Positions 1 through 19,445 of a stretch of DNA of 64,000 bases are shown piece after piece (the stretch's first letter is position 1; every line of letters begins with the position of its first letter). Source of the stretch: the human T2T-CHM13v2.0 reference genome, Homo sapiens; assembly GCF_009914755.1 (NCBI RefSeq), contig NC_060929.1. One strand, 5' to 3'. The notes under the pieces were generated by a model. It worked only from the letters and a program-made list of their open reading frames with translations, ran no database searches and was not told the DNA's origin. Made by a program: the position numbers and the translations under genes.

Positions 1-244
<244 letters not shown>

Positions 245-1216
245 CTACAAATTATTGTATTTAAAATCTATTAAGAATCTAATAAATTCCAAACACCTAA
301 ATACTGAAACACCCACATTATTATTTTGCTCCCATCTGGCAAATACTTTACTGGCTAGTCTAATCAATGACACAAGGAAGAATTAAAAGCAAACAAACAA
401 ACAAACAAACAAGCAAAAAAAAATCCTAAAATAGCATAACTCTATTGAATGGGTTGATTTTTTTAAAGGAAATATAAATTGCCAAAATTAACCACCAGAG
501 AGAGACTAATTACAATAGGAGAAATTGAGAAAACACTATTCCCTTAAAAGGAATTGGGAAGTGATGATGTCACATAAATTTTTATAAACTGACAAGAAAC
601 AAAGTTTTGATGCTACTAAAACTGCTTCAGAGTTTAAACAAAGAAAAGCTTCCAAATTATTTTTACAGAGTTAGTGATCACTGCTTCTAAATTTGACAAA
701 GAGCACAGAAACAAAACATAAAAAATTTGTTTCACGTCACTGAGAAATTCTTAAACAAACTATTGGCAAGCAGAACTTAAGAGTTCATTACAACACTATT
801 CTCATATGTATGAAGAATCATTCCCAGAATGCAAAGGTAGCTCAAAATGAAGAAATCTATTTACACAGTATTAAAAGGTTGAAGGAGAAAAACTATACAT
901 TCATGTTAATAAGACTTAAAAAATTGATGAAAGTTCAACTTCCGTTACTGATTCAAAAATTACTTAAACTGGAAAAAGATTGATAATTCAACATGACAAG
1001 TAAATATCTCAAATAAAAGGCTATATACCGTCATGCTTAATACAGTTTATAGACCAGAAACATTTTTAATACAATCAGTAACGTATCATACATGTCAAGC
1101 AGTATTTCTTTTATTCCGTATTTGTTACTCTAGAATTATCTTTTAATTAAAATAGAAAAACAAGTATTGGAAAGAAGGCAAAATATCATTTGTAGATATG
1201 TCTCAAAGAAAAAAAA

Positions 1217-3682
<2,466 letters not shown>

Positions 3683-4796
3683 CGAATACCATATTTTGCC
3701 TATCATATTGTTAACTATTAAGAAGTGTGATAATATCCCAGAACTATGACAGTGTAAAGAATATAATTAGTCTAATAGTTTTTTTGAAATTTTCAATGAC
3801 CCAACCTTCTGGTGAACAATTAGTACATGTTCTTTAACCTTGATATTTCAGCCCTAGCAATTTATTCCGCCCTCAAAAGCTTGACAACAATATATACAAT
3901 GAGGTATAATAAGGATTTAATAGCAAAAGATTGTAAACCTAAATGTCTATCAAATGAATGTAAGTTAAATAAAATACGGCATGTCCATAGAAAGAATGCA
4001 GATGTGACTGCCTTTTCAAAGAACTCTAAGATGAGATTTGTTAAGAAAGTTTTAAATTGTACAGTTTTAAACTGTGATAGCAAGGCCATGCTTTTGTTAA
4101 AAAAGATTAAAAAAAAAGAACTAAGGTAATCTTGCCTATTAACTCTCATTAATTAAACTCTGGAGTCAATAGGTTGTTTTATTTTTTGATGAATCCCTGT
4201 CTATCTGAATCCTTGCTCTTCAGGAATCAAAGTTTCAAACAGTAATGTACATAAAGATAGAAACATATACTGTATATAGGTATAATTTTTTTCTCCTAGA
4301 AGAAATCACAGCAGATTGTTAAGATAATCTGCCTTTAAATAAGAAGGCTTTTGGTTATTTTGTAGCTTTCTGCGTTACTGAATCTCCTATTTTTTTTGTA
4401 TTATTTTTGAATAATATGTATTTCTGAATTTTTACAGTTCCCAACCACATACATTATTTTAAAAAATGTTCCTGCATAAGGAGATTAACAGTTCTTCAAA
4501 GTCTTCTTTATACATTTGTATATTATATGTAAAAGCCAACTAATAAATGCTGTAATATTAAAAAAAAAACACTGTGAAAACAGCAAAAAGAAAAAAACAC
4601 ACAAAGAGAAACATCAATGAAAATTCTTTAATTAGTCACATCTGAGAAAATTAAACATTCTAAGACTCCCCCAGGATTTTTCATCAGAAAAGAAAAACTA
4701 TATTTAGTAAATGCAAATAAGGCTGATAATTACATGTAAACTGAGAGGATAAAAGCTGCAGAATTATTTCCTACATGTTTTTACACCATACAGTTA

Positions 4797-5000
<204 letters not shown>

Positions 5001-5770
5001 TCAGATAAAAACAAAAACAATCACACTTAAAATTGGATTCAATGAGCTGCCATTTACAGCAGTATTTTATGCCAGGGTTAGTATTTAAAAGCTGGTATTT
5101 AGGTCAAAGTAAACAGATTATACAAGAATAATATTTCTTGATCCCCTGTGAACCTTGACCTGTGTTCATTTAAAACAGTAAACTTAAAAAAAAAAAAAGT
5201 CTGCCTACATTAGAAATAAAAGAAAAAGTAAAGAGCTAAAAAGTTTGTCTAGGGACTGAAAGGTTAAGGAAATCTGTTTGGTTTCCCTTCTGTGCCTTTG
5301 CATGACTGCAAAGTCACTAAACCAAACAGCTGCTTCCTCACCTTTCACTCCCTACACTTATTAACTTAGAGAAAGAGGGGGAAAAAAATCTTAAAACTAT
5401 ACACAAAGCTTTAAACACATATTCCATTATTTAAAGCAAAGTTAATCTGCAGCCTTATGGAATATAATATATATACACAAACATGTGATGTTCCTAAACA
5501 AGTCAACTTTAAATATAGCCACTAAAAATAAAAAATAAAAAAACCCCAACTACAAAACACTCCCCAAACCTAAGTTCATTGTCAAATTAATAATAACTGC
5601 AATATGCAGATCATCATACCCAGCTTTCTATGTTAACATATTTTCTGATATTTAATTTAAAATAGTATTGCTTGGGCAGTCTTTTGAAATGTTTAAGCAC
5701 AGTTAAACATGTTGTACTGAACTACTTCTCTCATAAGGCTACAAGAAAAAAGTAAAATGATGTTCCGAAC

Positions 5771-5868
5771 CTGGAACCACTTAGCGTGGCGTAGAGCAGC
5801 CAGAGCGTCAAGGCATTTTTGCCTGTCCAAGACGTCCGGTGGGTCTTTCACCATACCCGAGGTTACAT
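5771..5868 (-). CDS. ZFR: ZFR coding exon 16 (98 bp), DZF domain
   Basis: Acceptor ATTTTAG|ATGTA, weak donor CAG|GTTCGG; [33 protein letters not shown]. Confidence 0.95.
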
Positions 5869-6318
5869 CTAAAATGGATTGAATTGGCAAAATGCAGTGA
5901 GGAATGGGTGTTTGACCAGGTGAGCAAGACACTTCCTTAAGGTAGCATCAGTGTCACATGAGCCATTTGAGAGCTTGTTGGCACTTTAATATATCCACGG
6001 AGTTATTTTCAATAAATTTACATAATCCAATATGAGGAACAAAAGGTTAACTTATTAATTTAGTAATATAATAAACAATTTCTGGAAATATAAACCCTAC
6101 CCACCAAAACGAAATCCGAAGGAAAGATTACTGGACACAGTGCACTAGCACAAAGACAACAAGACAAGAGGGAACACAAAAATCCACCTTAATAAATGAG
6201 TATGTACAATAAACTACTGAGTTTGTTCAGTACTCTAAATGGTCGTAAGTTATTCTGGAGCTAATATAACAAAGAACTGATGATAAATATAGAATGCTCA
6301 ATATAGTTACAGTTATAG

Positions 6319-6640
<322 letters not shown>

Positions 6641-7712
6641 CCCAAAACAGGCATTTCTAAAAGTTTAATGCTCTCCCTTCCGCATGAAAATTTTAGTTAT
6701 CAGAGAGTATGAAATGCCCTTTAAAATTTAAAGTTCCCATAAAGTATTTCAAAAAATGATAAAAGAGAAACAATAGGCAAGCAGAACAGCGAATAGGAAC
6801 TAGTATGGTTAAACAGAATTAAGAGTGGAAAAGATGCTGATCCTGTGACGATAGATGTGTAGGGTCTTTAAGCTGATTAAAACATAAATGAGCTACACAA
6901 AACTTGAGAATATATGAAACTAAACCAGGACAAGAAGTTAACTTTACATTAATATATCATTCATAAAAGTAGACAAAGGGCTATCTTTATATCCATCTAA
7001 ACATCTGTAAAATGTGTATATTAACAGCAAATCTGCTAATCAAGCTATTAGTAAGCAAATGGCAATTATTCCAATCTAATTCACAGCTCTCAGTGATTTA
7101 AATAGTATGAATATTTTCTCAATATAGAAAAATTATATAATCTATTAAATATAATAGTCCTTTGGAAATTATGGGGCATTTAGAATACAGTTTAATAATC
7201 GAATATATAAAATGAATATGGACGAAAAAATACATGATAAAAGTATGAAAAAGTTAATTATCTTAAGAGTACTAGCTGCAGTTCTGGTCAAGTTACTCAT
7301 ATCTCATAAGCATTCAGATATCTTAAAGGATAACTTGTTCTTATTTTGAGTAGATGACATATAAAAAACATATTTTGAAACTGATAGAGAATTCTATTCT
7401 CTAAGGTTTCTTTTTCTTAGTTTTTTACTCCTCGAGTAATCAGATGGACACAGATTCTTCAGAAGACACATTTAGAGGAAAGACAGATAATCAAGGAAAA
7501 CTGTGTGACATTTTGAGAATAAATACTAAAAGAGGAATTTGGTGCTAAAAAGAAGTTATCAAGACAAAAATATTAGTTCTCTCAAAACTTATAAGACCAA
7601 CTATTGAACCTAGAAATAACCTGAACATAAGAAATGAACTATTCTGTCAGGAATAGATAAAGAAAAGGGACACAAGAGACAGCTAACTATGAAGTTTTAA
7701 AAAAGAAAAAAG

Positions 7713-8071
<359 letters not shown>

Positions 8072-8272
8072 TTATAACATGCTAAAGAACCTCTTTCTAT
8101 GTCCCTTATTTACTTACATTTGCTAAAGCTAGAATGCAAATAGGTGACAATGTGCAATCTCTAAAATGTTTCTAAATTTCTAATGTTAATTCACAATTTT
8201 ATTTCCTCCGATATGCAAGAAAATTTTGTTTTGCACATAAGCATTCATAACTTTGGAAATTGTAATTCATGA

Positions 8273-8506
<234 letters not shown>

Positions 8507-9024
8507 TAGAAAATTTTTGTTAAATTTAGTGTGGATTTTTGTACCCATTTTCTATTTCAAGTAGATTAACCCCTTATATTCTGCTAAAATCATACTTGTT
8601 GCCTAACACCCAGTTAACAAAGCAAAAAAAAATCAGTTAATTTATAAAAACAAAATGCTAATTCTTATTCTATGTGAATGTATTTCATAGATTTTAAGGG
8701 GTTAATCACCAATTAGAAGACATGCTGTGTCCACACTATTTTAAGATTAAACGTTAATGGGAATATATTAATTCAAATTAACATGGTCATGTAAAATATA
8801 TAACCCACTCAACCATTTAAAAACTAGTGTGAACACTGCTCAATTCTAGAAGAGACAAAGACAAAACAAACAAAACAGCCACACAAAGGACAATAAATGC
8901 CAGGCTCTGCATCCAAAATCCCTCCTTTATCAAATGGCAGATGTGACACTGAGCTTTTGAAAACCTTGGTCAAAAATCCTTCCGATGTCTTGGCAGCAAC
9001 CCCTGACAGGATCAATCCCCTCTG

Positions 9025-9053
9025 CTAGAAGGCTTTGGACCGGGCCTGATAAG
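9025..9053 (-). CDS. Candidate alternative (poison or terminal) ZFR exon, coding part only: AYQARSKAF-stop
   Basis: Strong acceptor TTTTGTGTGTTTTTTCCCACCTGTAG| in non-repetitive intron 15; read in phase 1 after exon 15 it reaches TAG at 9027-9025. No transcript evidence available here. Confidence 0.5.
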
Positions 9054-11199
9054 CTACAGGTGGGAAAAAACACACAAAATACTTAACTTGCTGCAGAAAA
9101 GATTCTGTAGCAAGGGTTAGAGCATTCTGAACATTTCAAGCTTAAAGTCAATTAAATGTTTACTTAATGTTTAACTGTCAAACACAGTATCATAAAACAG
9201 ATCTGTCATGTGTTTAACAGTTATTTGGACAATGTAATCATTTCCTTTATTAATTAATTTTTGGTATTAAAAAGGACCATTATGCATTAAAGAGACTACC
9301 ACACAATGCGCAAGTAGTAACTCTCATGATTTACAATTGTTCTTCCGGCAAAGCCTTCCTTAACCCCTGTACTAACTCCCCAAAGCAAGCTATAGGCTTT
9401 AAATGATTTTAAGACACAGAGCACTGGGAGCTGCAGTGAGAGAGAATACATACCGTTATTCTGCAGCAAGAAAGAAGCAATCTTCATAATGAAGCTAAAG
9501 ACATGGTTTACTGCAGTTATCTGCAGCAAGGAACACTATCAGTGTTTCTACACTTTGGCACATCCAACTTTTCAGCTCAGTGTCTTGAAGCAAAATCTTT
9601 CCATTTTGGACTGACCATTTTCCTCATCATAATATTTATGAAATTCAGAACAATAATTCTAACTCAAGTCTGGGTCAGACAAAAATATAATTTTGTTTCC
9701 TTTAGAAGGGATAGGTTATCAAATAATTTACTGCAAATATGACACTATTCACTTTAGACTTTTACAACATAATAAAATGGCTTGATACTGTATAAATTTA
9801 ATTAAGTCTAAATATAACTGAACAAAATGTATTCTGAAATAAAGTTAAATGGTTATCATTTTACACTAAATACAGCAACATTTATAATGTATCATATTAG
9901 TTTTATCAAATCCCATATGCTGTATATGACCTGACCAGATTGACTCAGGAACTGTTTCTCCAGCAACACCCATGGCCAGACCTTGAGTAGAAACTCACGT
10001 TCACATAAGAAAATCCTTTACACAAAACTCATTTAAGATGCAAAGCTTAAGATATAAATATCATCTGATTATGGTATACATGCAAAGTATGTAAAATTAG
10101 ACATAGCTCCCAATGACATTTTTGGTAAAATGTTCTTTTCCTGGGTTGTGAAAAGGCCAGTGTCTTAAAAAATTGCTTTGTTATAAGCAAACAAATTTAA
10201 AGAAACAGTAATTGAGAGACTACTGATGCTATTTTATACAAATGAATTTTAATATTAAGTATGTAGTACCCTCTTCCTCCTCAACCTGTATCACAAAGAA
10301 ATATTAGTGTAGACTGTTATTCCATACTCAACAAGATGTATAAAAACATGAAAGGAAACAAAGTAAATTTTATCTGACCCATAAAACAACAGAACCAACA
10401 TACTGCAGACACTGATCATGCTTTTCAGCTTAAAAGCTTTTGAAGCTTTGAAAATGTTACAGAATAGTCCCTAAAGCAACATTGCTGGCACCAGCAGGAT
10501 TTCATATTCTATAGTTGTAAATTAAGTTTAAAAACCCTGAATTGTGCTGTGACTCACTATCTACATTTACACAGTTTATTTTTCAGTATCTCAAGTGTGA
10601 TATTAGGGTCAAATGTCCAAATCCTCCTGCTTTAGGATGTTCTGCATTTATGAAAGTGCTCCAAGCCAAAGAGCAACCTCAGAGAACTAGAAATATTTAC
10701 CACAGGACAAGCCAAATCCATTATTATATATATATGTATAAAAATGCCTCTTAAAAATGTGTTACGAATACTTAGCCAATTTTGTTTGTGAAAACTCTTG
10801 TCTTTTTTGTAAGACAAGGCAAGAGCAAAAACTTCTTAATTCAACTTAAAGTTGTGTCCCCCTAGTCACTAGCAACATTTTAAAACCATTTTTTCATGCA
10901 TTGACTATGCCAGTAAAAATAATTTTGAAGTTTTTTTCCAGAAATCTGAGGTTAGCAAGAAAAGAAAGAAATCAAGAAAATCAATCATACCATAGTGTTT
11001 TATATAAAAATACATCACTAAAAAGAGCATTTACTCTGTGGGAAATTATCTTAGGCAAAACCGGTTGCTAAATAAGTCAAATCTATCAAATTCACGTGTA
11101 ATGCCAGCATGTTGCCTTCTAGGGCTTAATGCCATCTTAAAGAGTAGATAAATGAAAAAAAAAGTTAATAGAAAGTAGAAAGTTTAATGGCTTTCCAAC

Positions 11200-11341
11200 C
11201 TCCTTCCCTCATGTTCTCTTCTCGAATAATTGGAGATGTCAGTGTGATAGTGACTTGCATTTTGGGTTCCACACATGAATTCAAAATTATTGCCGCTTCA
11301 GATACAGCACATTTTATGTCATACTTCTCAGGGCTTATAAC
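11200..11341 (-). CDS. ZFR: ZFR coding exon 15 (142 bp), DZF domain
   Basis: Acceptor ACACAG|GTTATA, donor GAG|GTTGGA; [47 protein letters not shown]; ends in phase 1. Confidence 0.94.
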
Positions 11342-11869
11342 CTGTGTAATGAAGATGATAAGAAACAAATTGGATCTGTTGTATTAACAAACAAAAGCAC
11401 TTTCATTATGGCTCTTTCACTCTCTTACTACCCTAACCATTCTATATGAGGACCAGATTATATACTGCTCCTTCTAGGAAGCCCTGCCATACATGCCAGT
11501 ATTATTAGTCTTACTCCCTACTTTCAGAATTCTGTGTTGAACTAATATTTACCATTGTTTGTATTGTGAGTTATTTGTACATAGGTATGTCTCTCTTAGA
11601 TAATAAATTCTTGGATAAAAGAAACACTGCCATATTTATAACATATATTTGCATAATTTGAATGAAGCTAAAATAGCTACCTGACCTTAATAGGAGCTAC
11701 AATTTATTCCCATATTGTACATTTTCTGTGAAATACACATTTTATCAGGGAGCAGAAAGTCTCAGTCAATATCCAGAAAAACCAGGATTTGCTGTAATTT
11801 GGTAGACAGGTAATAAGCTCCATTTTATACGAACAAATGAAGACTCTACAGAAACTACATACAGTATTT

Positions 11870-12040
11870 CCAGTATAGTATCTAGGTTTAAATCCTAGCT
11901 CTGATACTTTACAGTGATGCGATGATAGACAAATTATTTAACTATCCTGCACCTATTTCTGTAAGATGGAGAAAATAATTGTACCTAACCTATAGGGTGG
12001 CTGGAAGATTAAATGAATCAACTATATAAAGCACTTACTA
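11870..12040 (+). mobile_element. MIR SINE remnant
   Basis: Degenerate MIR core (AATCCTAGCTCTG...CTGTAAGATGGAGAAAATAAT...AAGATTAAATGA...TAAAGCACTT). Confidence 0.65.
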
Positions 12041-13132
12041 TAGTATAAATTAACTATAAATTAATTTTATTTCACTTGCTTATCCACTTATATAGGTGGG
12101 TTTGAAGAGTATTCCACTTTTAGCTTAACTGGTTGTTAGTTATTTAGTTATGATATATTCCTTGGTTTGCAGTTTTACTAAGCACCACAATTAGGATCAA
12201 GATGTTTCTCGCAAATTCTATGATTCTTCCAAGGCTTCCAAACCTTTTATTTTCCCCCTTCATTGCCCTAGCAGCCTCAACAGGAGTAAGAAGTAAACAC
12301 ACAACACAGCCAATTCTCCTGGCTCCCGATAATTAAAAAAAAAGACTCATCTACAATAAAAAATTTCCCATCTGGAATAATGGTAATATAAAACAAGCAA
12401 CAGTAAGTGCAGAGTTGTCAGTTTTAAGTTTAATAGTGTGCTTCATTGTCCCTTTTGTCATCAGTTGCTCTGCTACAGTAAGGTACTGTTCTAATTCACT
12501 ACTGTAGAATACATGTTACCAATGAAAGCTGATTCCTTGAATTTAGAATGCTTTATTAAATTGCTAGTTTTATACCCTCAATTATGAAAGGAATCACTAT
12601 TTTAAATCTCAGTCATTCTGACAAGCTAATATATAAAATTTTTATAAATTTAAGCTTAAAAAAAGTTTGTTTTTGTAGGACCCAAATAAAATACTCTATT
12701 AGTTTTGCATTGCCATGTTTTGCTGGATGGAGACGAGAAGTATTTCCTACCATTATAAACATGTAGAAAACTGAAAATATTCACAATAAAACTGGGGAAA
12801 TTAAAATCAGAAACACTATTTTAGTTACTACATTTTATTAAAAGCATTAAACTAAATAGGCAAGAGATTCATGAATTAAAAAAATTTAACCTTGCTACAC
12901 ATGGGATTTTTTTTTTAAAAAATCACTTTGTCCTAACAACTGCCTTCTTATGATTCAAGTCTTGGAAAAAGAACAAGAGAAGGAAGGCATATGCTGCAAT
13001 TTTACATTTTTAAATAAATCAGCAAGATGGCTTCATGCCAAATATAATCACTATAAAACCTAAAAAAGATGAAGTAGAAAATAGTTTCATCAGTTTGCAC
13101 AATCAAACAAAAAAACTCAATACAGAAAGTCA

Positions 13133-13429
<297 letters not shown>

Positions 13430-14160
13430 TTAACCAGAAGCATGATATTCTGTAAACATACAATAGTAAGTGAAATAACTTTTGTGCCATTAAAATTTCC
13501 ATCAACCGCAGTAGAAAGACATCCAGCATTTTTAGAACTATACTTCATTTAAGCAATGTGGATAAAAAAAAAAAATAATAAAGAGCTAAGTTCTTTACAG
13601 AAAGACAACTGCAAAGCAATGGACATTAACACTTCTGTTTCTTATTTCACAAGTCAGAATAATAGGAGTTATGTTTAATGTAATACAAAAATATTTCCAA
13701 ATGGTAAAAGGAAAATAAAAAGTTACAGCTAATAATGCAAACTTGACATAAAGACATTACTAAAGCTTAGGCTTAATCATGCTTTACAGTCAGTGCTTTA
13801 AGGAAATAGTTATTAAAACAAAGACTGAGTGTGGGGCAGAAGCAACAAACAAATAAGAACAGAAAAACAGCAGCTGAGTACAACTGTAAAACTATAATGG
13901 CTGCTTTGAAATAGACTCAAAATAGTTTATATAAACTTAAAATGAGTACAATTACGAGGTTAGACACTACATGTGTCCGTGGAACTTGTGTATTTCTATT
14001 TTTGCAAGCAGCTGCAGAATACATGAAATATCGAACACAGGCATGGTTAAAACACATAGAACTCACACCACAGTTACCAGTCATAAGCTATATTTCAAAT
14101 GTAAGAAGTCCACATAAGAAAAACCAAAATTACACATGGTAAATAACTTTCAAAACACAC

Positions 14161-14366
14161 CTGTCTTTACCTCCCTCTTTCTTATCATCTCCCTCTTTGT
14201 TCTTGTTCTTCTCATGTTCAGACAAACTGTCTGAAACGAGTTTTAAAGCACGTTCAGTAATAGAAACAATTTTCTGAACTGCCTGTAACTCCTCTTCAGT
14301 TGGATAAATGGTGGCATGTTTTGTCATTACATAACGGTCATCAGATGAGTCAGGACGACGTAAGGG
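14161..14366 (-). CDS. ZFR: ZFR coding exon 13 (206 bp), start of DZF domain
   Basis: Acceptor CTGTAG|CCCTTA, donor CAG|GTGTGT; [46 protein letters not shown] (ILF3/STRBP-like DZF start). Confidence 0.95.
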
Positions 14367-15560
14367 CTACAGAGAAACAAAGTTGCTCAATTTAAAAAAA
14401 AGTTTCCTGAGCAAAAGCAAATTATATTTTTCAACTATACATATTTGTTGTATCTTTTCAATAAGAAAGCCTTTATCTTCTTTTTTCCATTTCAGTAAAA
14501 ACGAAAATGCAAACTATGGAAAGTTATACCATCAAGACTATATGTATGTATGCATGCATGCATGCATGTACACCCACTTTGCCTCAAAACAAGTAACATT
14601 TCTAATACATATAAACCTAAAGCTATGAAAATGCTCTTTACTCAACCTTAGAAACCAGTGATTCTGAAACTTTCTTTGCTTTCAGTAATTCAAGTCTTAC
14701 AACTGCCAACCCTCTGAGCAAAGATAAATGAGAGAACAGGTTAAGGAAGAGAAGTCTACTTTTTTCTTGTAACTGCTCTATAGAGAAACAAATCTTGTTT
14801 TTGGTAGACTGAACTTACACAAGATGTCCCTTTTACCCAGCTTCTGCATCTCTCAAGATGCAGATTTTTCCTATAGTCTTAATAACACATCAACTCTGGG
14901 GCTTATCTTAAAGCCATTTTATCTACCCCTTATCTTTCACTCAATTTAGAAGTAGTAGGTTTTGGATGGTCAAAACTGGAAGAAGGAAAAAAGATTCTAA
15001 GCCACTGGTAATGGAAAAATAAGAATAAATTTCTTTCTATTAAAAAAAAATTTTTATAGACACTGGGTCTCACCATGTTGCCCAGGCTAGTCTTGAACTT
15101 CTAGCACCAAGCCATCCTTTCACCTTGGTCTTCCTAAAGTACTGGGATTATAGGCATGAGCCACTGCACCCAGACCAGTAAGAATAAATCTAAATACAAA
15201 GCAGTTGCCTTCAACATCAGTTGTTCCTGACAGGTATAGAGGCTCATGCCTGTGTACCGGCTACTCGGGAAGCTGAGGCTTCGGTGAGCTATGATCATGC
15301 CACTGCACTCCAAAGGAAAAATAAGAAAAGAAACAAGAAAAAAAATTAGTTGTTCCTGCTCATGTAAGGAAAACCAAAGGCAAGAGTCTCATGTGAAAGA
15401 ACAGTTGGCATAAAAAGCTCCGTTCCCGTTTAGCATATACCGAAAATAAGAAAGATTCCCAGAAATTCTATGAGGTCCTTATACAGAAGACACAGGAAAC
15501 ATATTCCCTTCCTATAAAAAATGGAGGAAAGATTCTAAATCAGATTAAAAACTTGTATCA

Positions 15561-15870
<310 letters not shown>

Positions 15871-15966
15871 TTATTAAGTCTAAACATTAGCCCCTCCAAA
15901 ATTGTTTTCTTCTAATGCTGAACCAGTCAAACTTTCACCCCTTGTATCACCAACGTGGACACTCAC

Positions 15967-16129
15967 TGCAGGCCCCTGAGGCTGAGGAGGCATGCCTGGT
16001 CGGACTCCCAGAAGGCCTAATGGGCCTGGAGGACCATGAGGATAACCTCCATCTGGCATTCGGCGGCGATCATCCCAATGATGTTGTTCTTCCTCCATTC
16101 TCCTCCAGTACATGTCCTCTTCATAACGT
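15967..16129 (-). CDS. ZFR: ZFR coding exon 12 (163 bp)
   Basis: Acceptor TTTCAG|ACGTT, donor GCA|GTGAGT; [54 protein letters not shown]. Confidence 0.95.
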
Positions 16130-16696
16130 CTGAAACATAAAGAATGACATTATAAGCATATGAGGAAAAATACAGCCCAAGAACTTGCATCAATAGTGAC
16201 ATAAAAAGCAATAAAAAACCCCACCAACATCAGCCTAGCTAAAATTTCTTCCCAAATGTATCTGATTTTCCATGTTTGCTTTCATTGCGAAGTAAATGAA
16301 AGAGAAAAGAGCATGAAAAGCAGAAAATTTCAGCCTGAGGAAAAAGTAAAAAGAACAGGCATCAGAAACCTCAGTTTCTTACCTCTCTCCTGCTTTAAGT
16401 ATGAATTAGAAACCCAATGCCACCTAAAGGAGGCAGGCCAACACTGTGAGTAAATGACCTGAAGTGCACAGATCAACATTTGGGAATTTTCTTCATGTCC
16501 TCAAAGAAACATGCTCTTTCCTATGTCTCTACTATGAAGAAAAACAGTGCAAGGCAGTGATAAATGGCAAGTCATAGTCAGTCTTACTGTTGGGGACACA
16601 TTAAGGGTGTTGGGAATTATGGTAAAGAACTTGTCCTGGCTAGAGATAACAGCTGCTGCAACTCAGCTCCTATTAATTGTTGCCATAAGGGAATAC

Positions 16697-17049
16697 AATA
16701 GTCCCCACCATTCTCATCGCCGTGGTTTCAGTTACCTATGGTCAACCACAGTATACAAATATAGAAAAGAACGTTCCAGAAAGAAACAATTCGTAAGTTT
16801 TAAATCTTGTGCAATTTTGAGCAGTGTGATGAAATCTTGCGCTGTCCAGCTCCATCCCACCTATGAATCATCCCTTTGTCCAGCATGTCCACACAGTATA
16901 CACCCTACTAGCCTATTAGTTGCTTAGTAACTAACACCGTTATCAGATGGAAAACATATAGCATATACAGGGTTTGGTACAACCTGCGATTTTAGGTATC
17001 CACTGGTGGTCTTGTAACGTAACCCCCTTGGACAAGGAGGGACTACTGC
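16697..17049. mobile_element. MER44/Tigger7-like DNA transposon remnant
   Basis: Terminal inverted ends CAATAGTCCCC / GGGACTACTG. Confidence 0.6.
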
Positions 17050-18257
17050 ACAGGCTGTGTTGCTGAGGTCATCAGGATTTTTGTGAAACTTCACGGTTGC
17101 TGGTTCAGATTACAAAATACTATGCATACCAAATATAACACCTCTGAGCTGAACTCAGAATGTGGGCAGCTAGTGTACAGCCTCTGCTTTACTGACCAAC
17201 ATATGCGAAATCTACTCTTTTTTTTTTTTTTTTTACCATCTCCTCCCCTCTGCCCTCCCAGTTCTTTCCTCATTTTCAACTTCAAACTAGGATACCAATA
17301 ATTCCCAAGGGAAACCATGTGTCTACAGCAAATTCTGTTAACAATTAGGTTAAGGTTTTACTAATGTCATCTGTTAACATATAAGAAAGAAGTGCGCTTC
17401 CTGACTACCATTACAGAAACTACCAATTTCCTCAGGTTGGGAATAAGCAGTGCTTTTTTTTCCCTTAAATTGGCAGAGTCCCACTCTGTCACCCATTGCA
17501 GTGGCCTTGACCTCCCATGATCAGGTGATCCTCCCACCTCAGCCCCCCAAGCAGATGGGAATACAGGTGTGCACCACCACGCCCAGCTAATTTTCGTATT
17601 TTTTGTAGAGACGGGGTCTTGTCATGTTGCCTAGGCTGGTCTCAAACTCCTGGGCTCAACTGATTGCCCGCCTTGGCCTCCCAAAGTGCTGGGATTACAG
17701 GCAGTGTGTCACCGTGCCCAGCCAGCAGTGCTTTTTAGGATTAACCAACTAGGGACTGATAGAAACCATTCTTCTATCTATGTTATTTAGGCTTTGAGGA
17801 AAAAATGAATAAAAACAGCTTAAACGTTCTGGAAAATCCTGTTCGTTTCAGTTTCTAATAGTTTACTGTTGTTGCTAACAACGTTTAAGTCAAATAAGGG
17901 CAGGGACCTTTATCCATTGTTTACCAATTTGTGCTCACTACCTAATACAGTTCCTGGCACACTGTGGATGCTTAATAGTTGGTATTATCAGTGAAAGAGG
18001 AAAGCACTGTATAATCTAGCTATAGAAGAGAATTCCCAATATGTTACAAAGGCAGAAACTTCATAAAGGACATAACTGATAAATGTGTAAAAATTAAAAC
18101 CAACACATACATAATAGTAAAAACTATTTAAAGGTAACCCATAAAAAGGATTATTAATAATAACAACGTAAGAAACGTCTGTACAAATCAACACATAAGA
18201 AAAAACAAGCAATTTACCACAAAAGAAGTATAAATAGCCAAACATGAAAACAATTCA

Positions 18258-19445
<1,188 letters not shown>

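Noticed and set aside
3827-4149. Overlapping ~100-aa ORFs on both strands
   Set aside because: AT-rich, decayed L1-like sequence with no splice context or homology
8824-9015. 63-aa minus-strand ORF inside the candidate alternative exon
   Set aside because: Starts at a non-ATG codon downstream of the in-frame stop reached from exon 15; no recognisable domain
14843-14864. 9-bp hairpin TCTGCATCT/AGATGCAGA
   Set aside because: Short and isolated; within chance expectation for 64 kb
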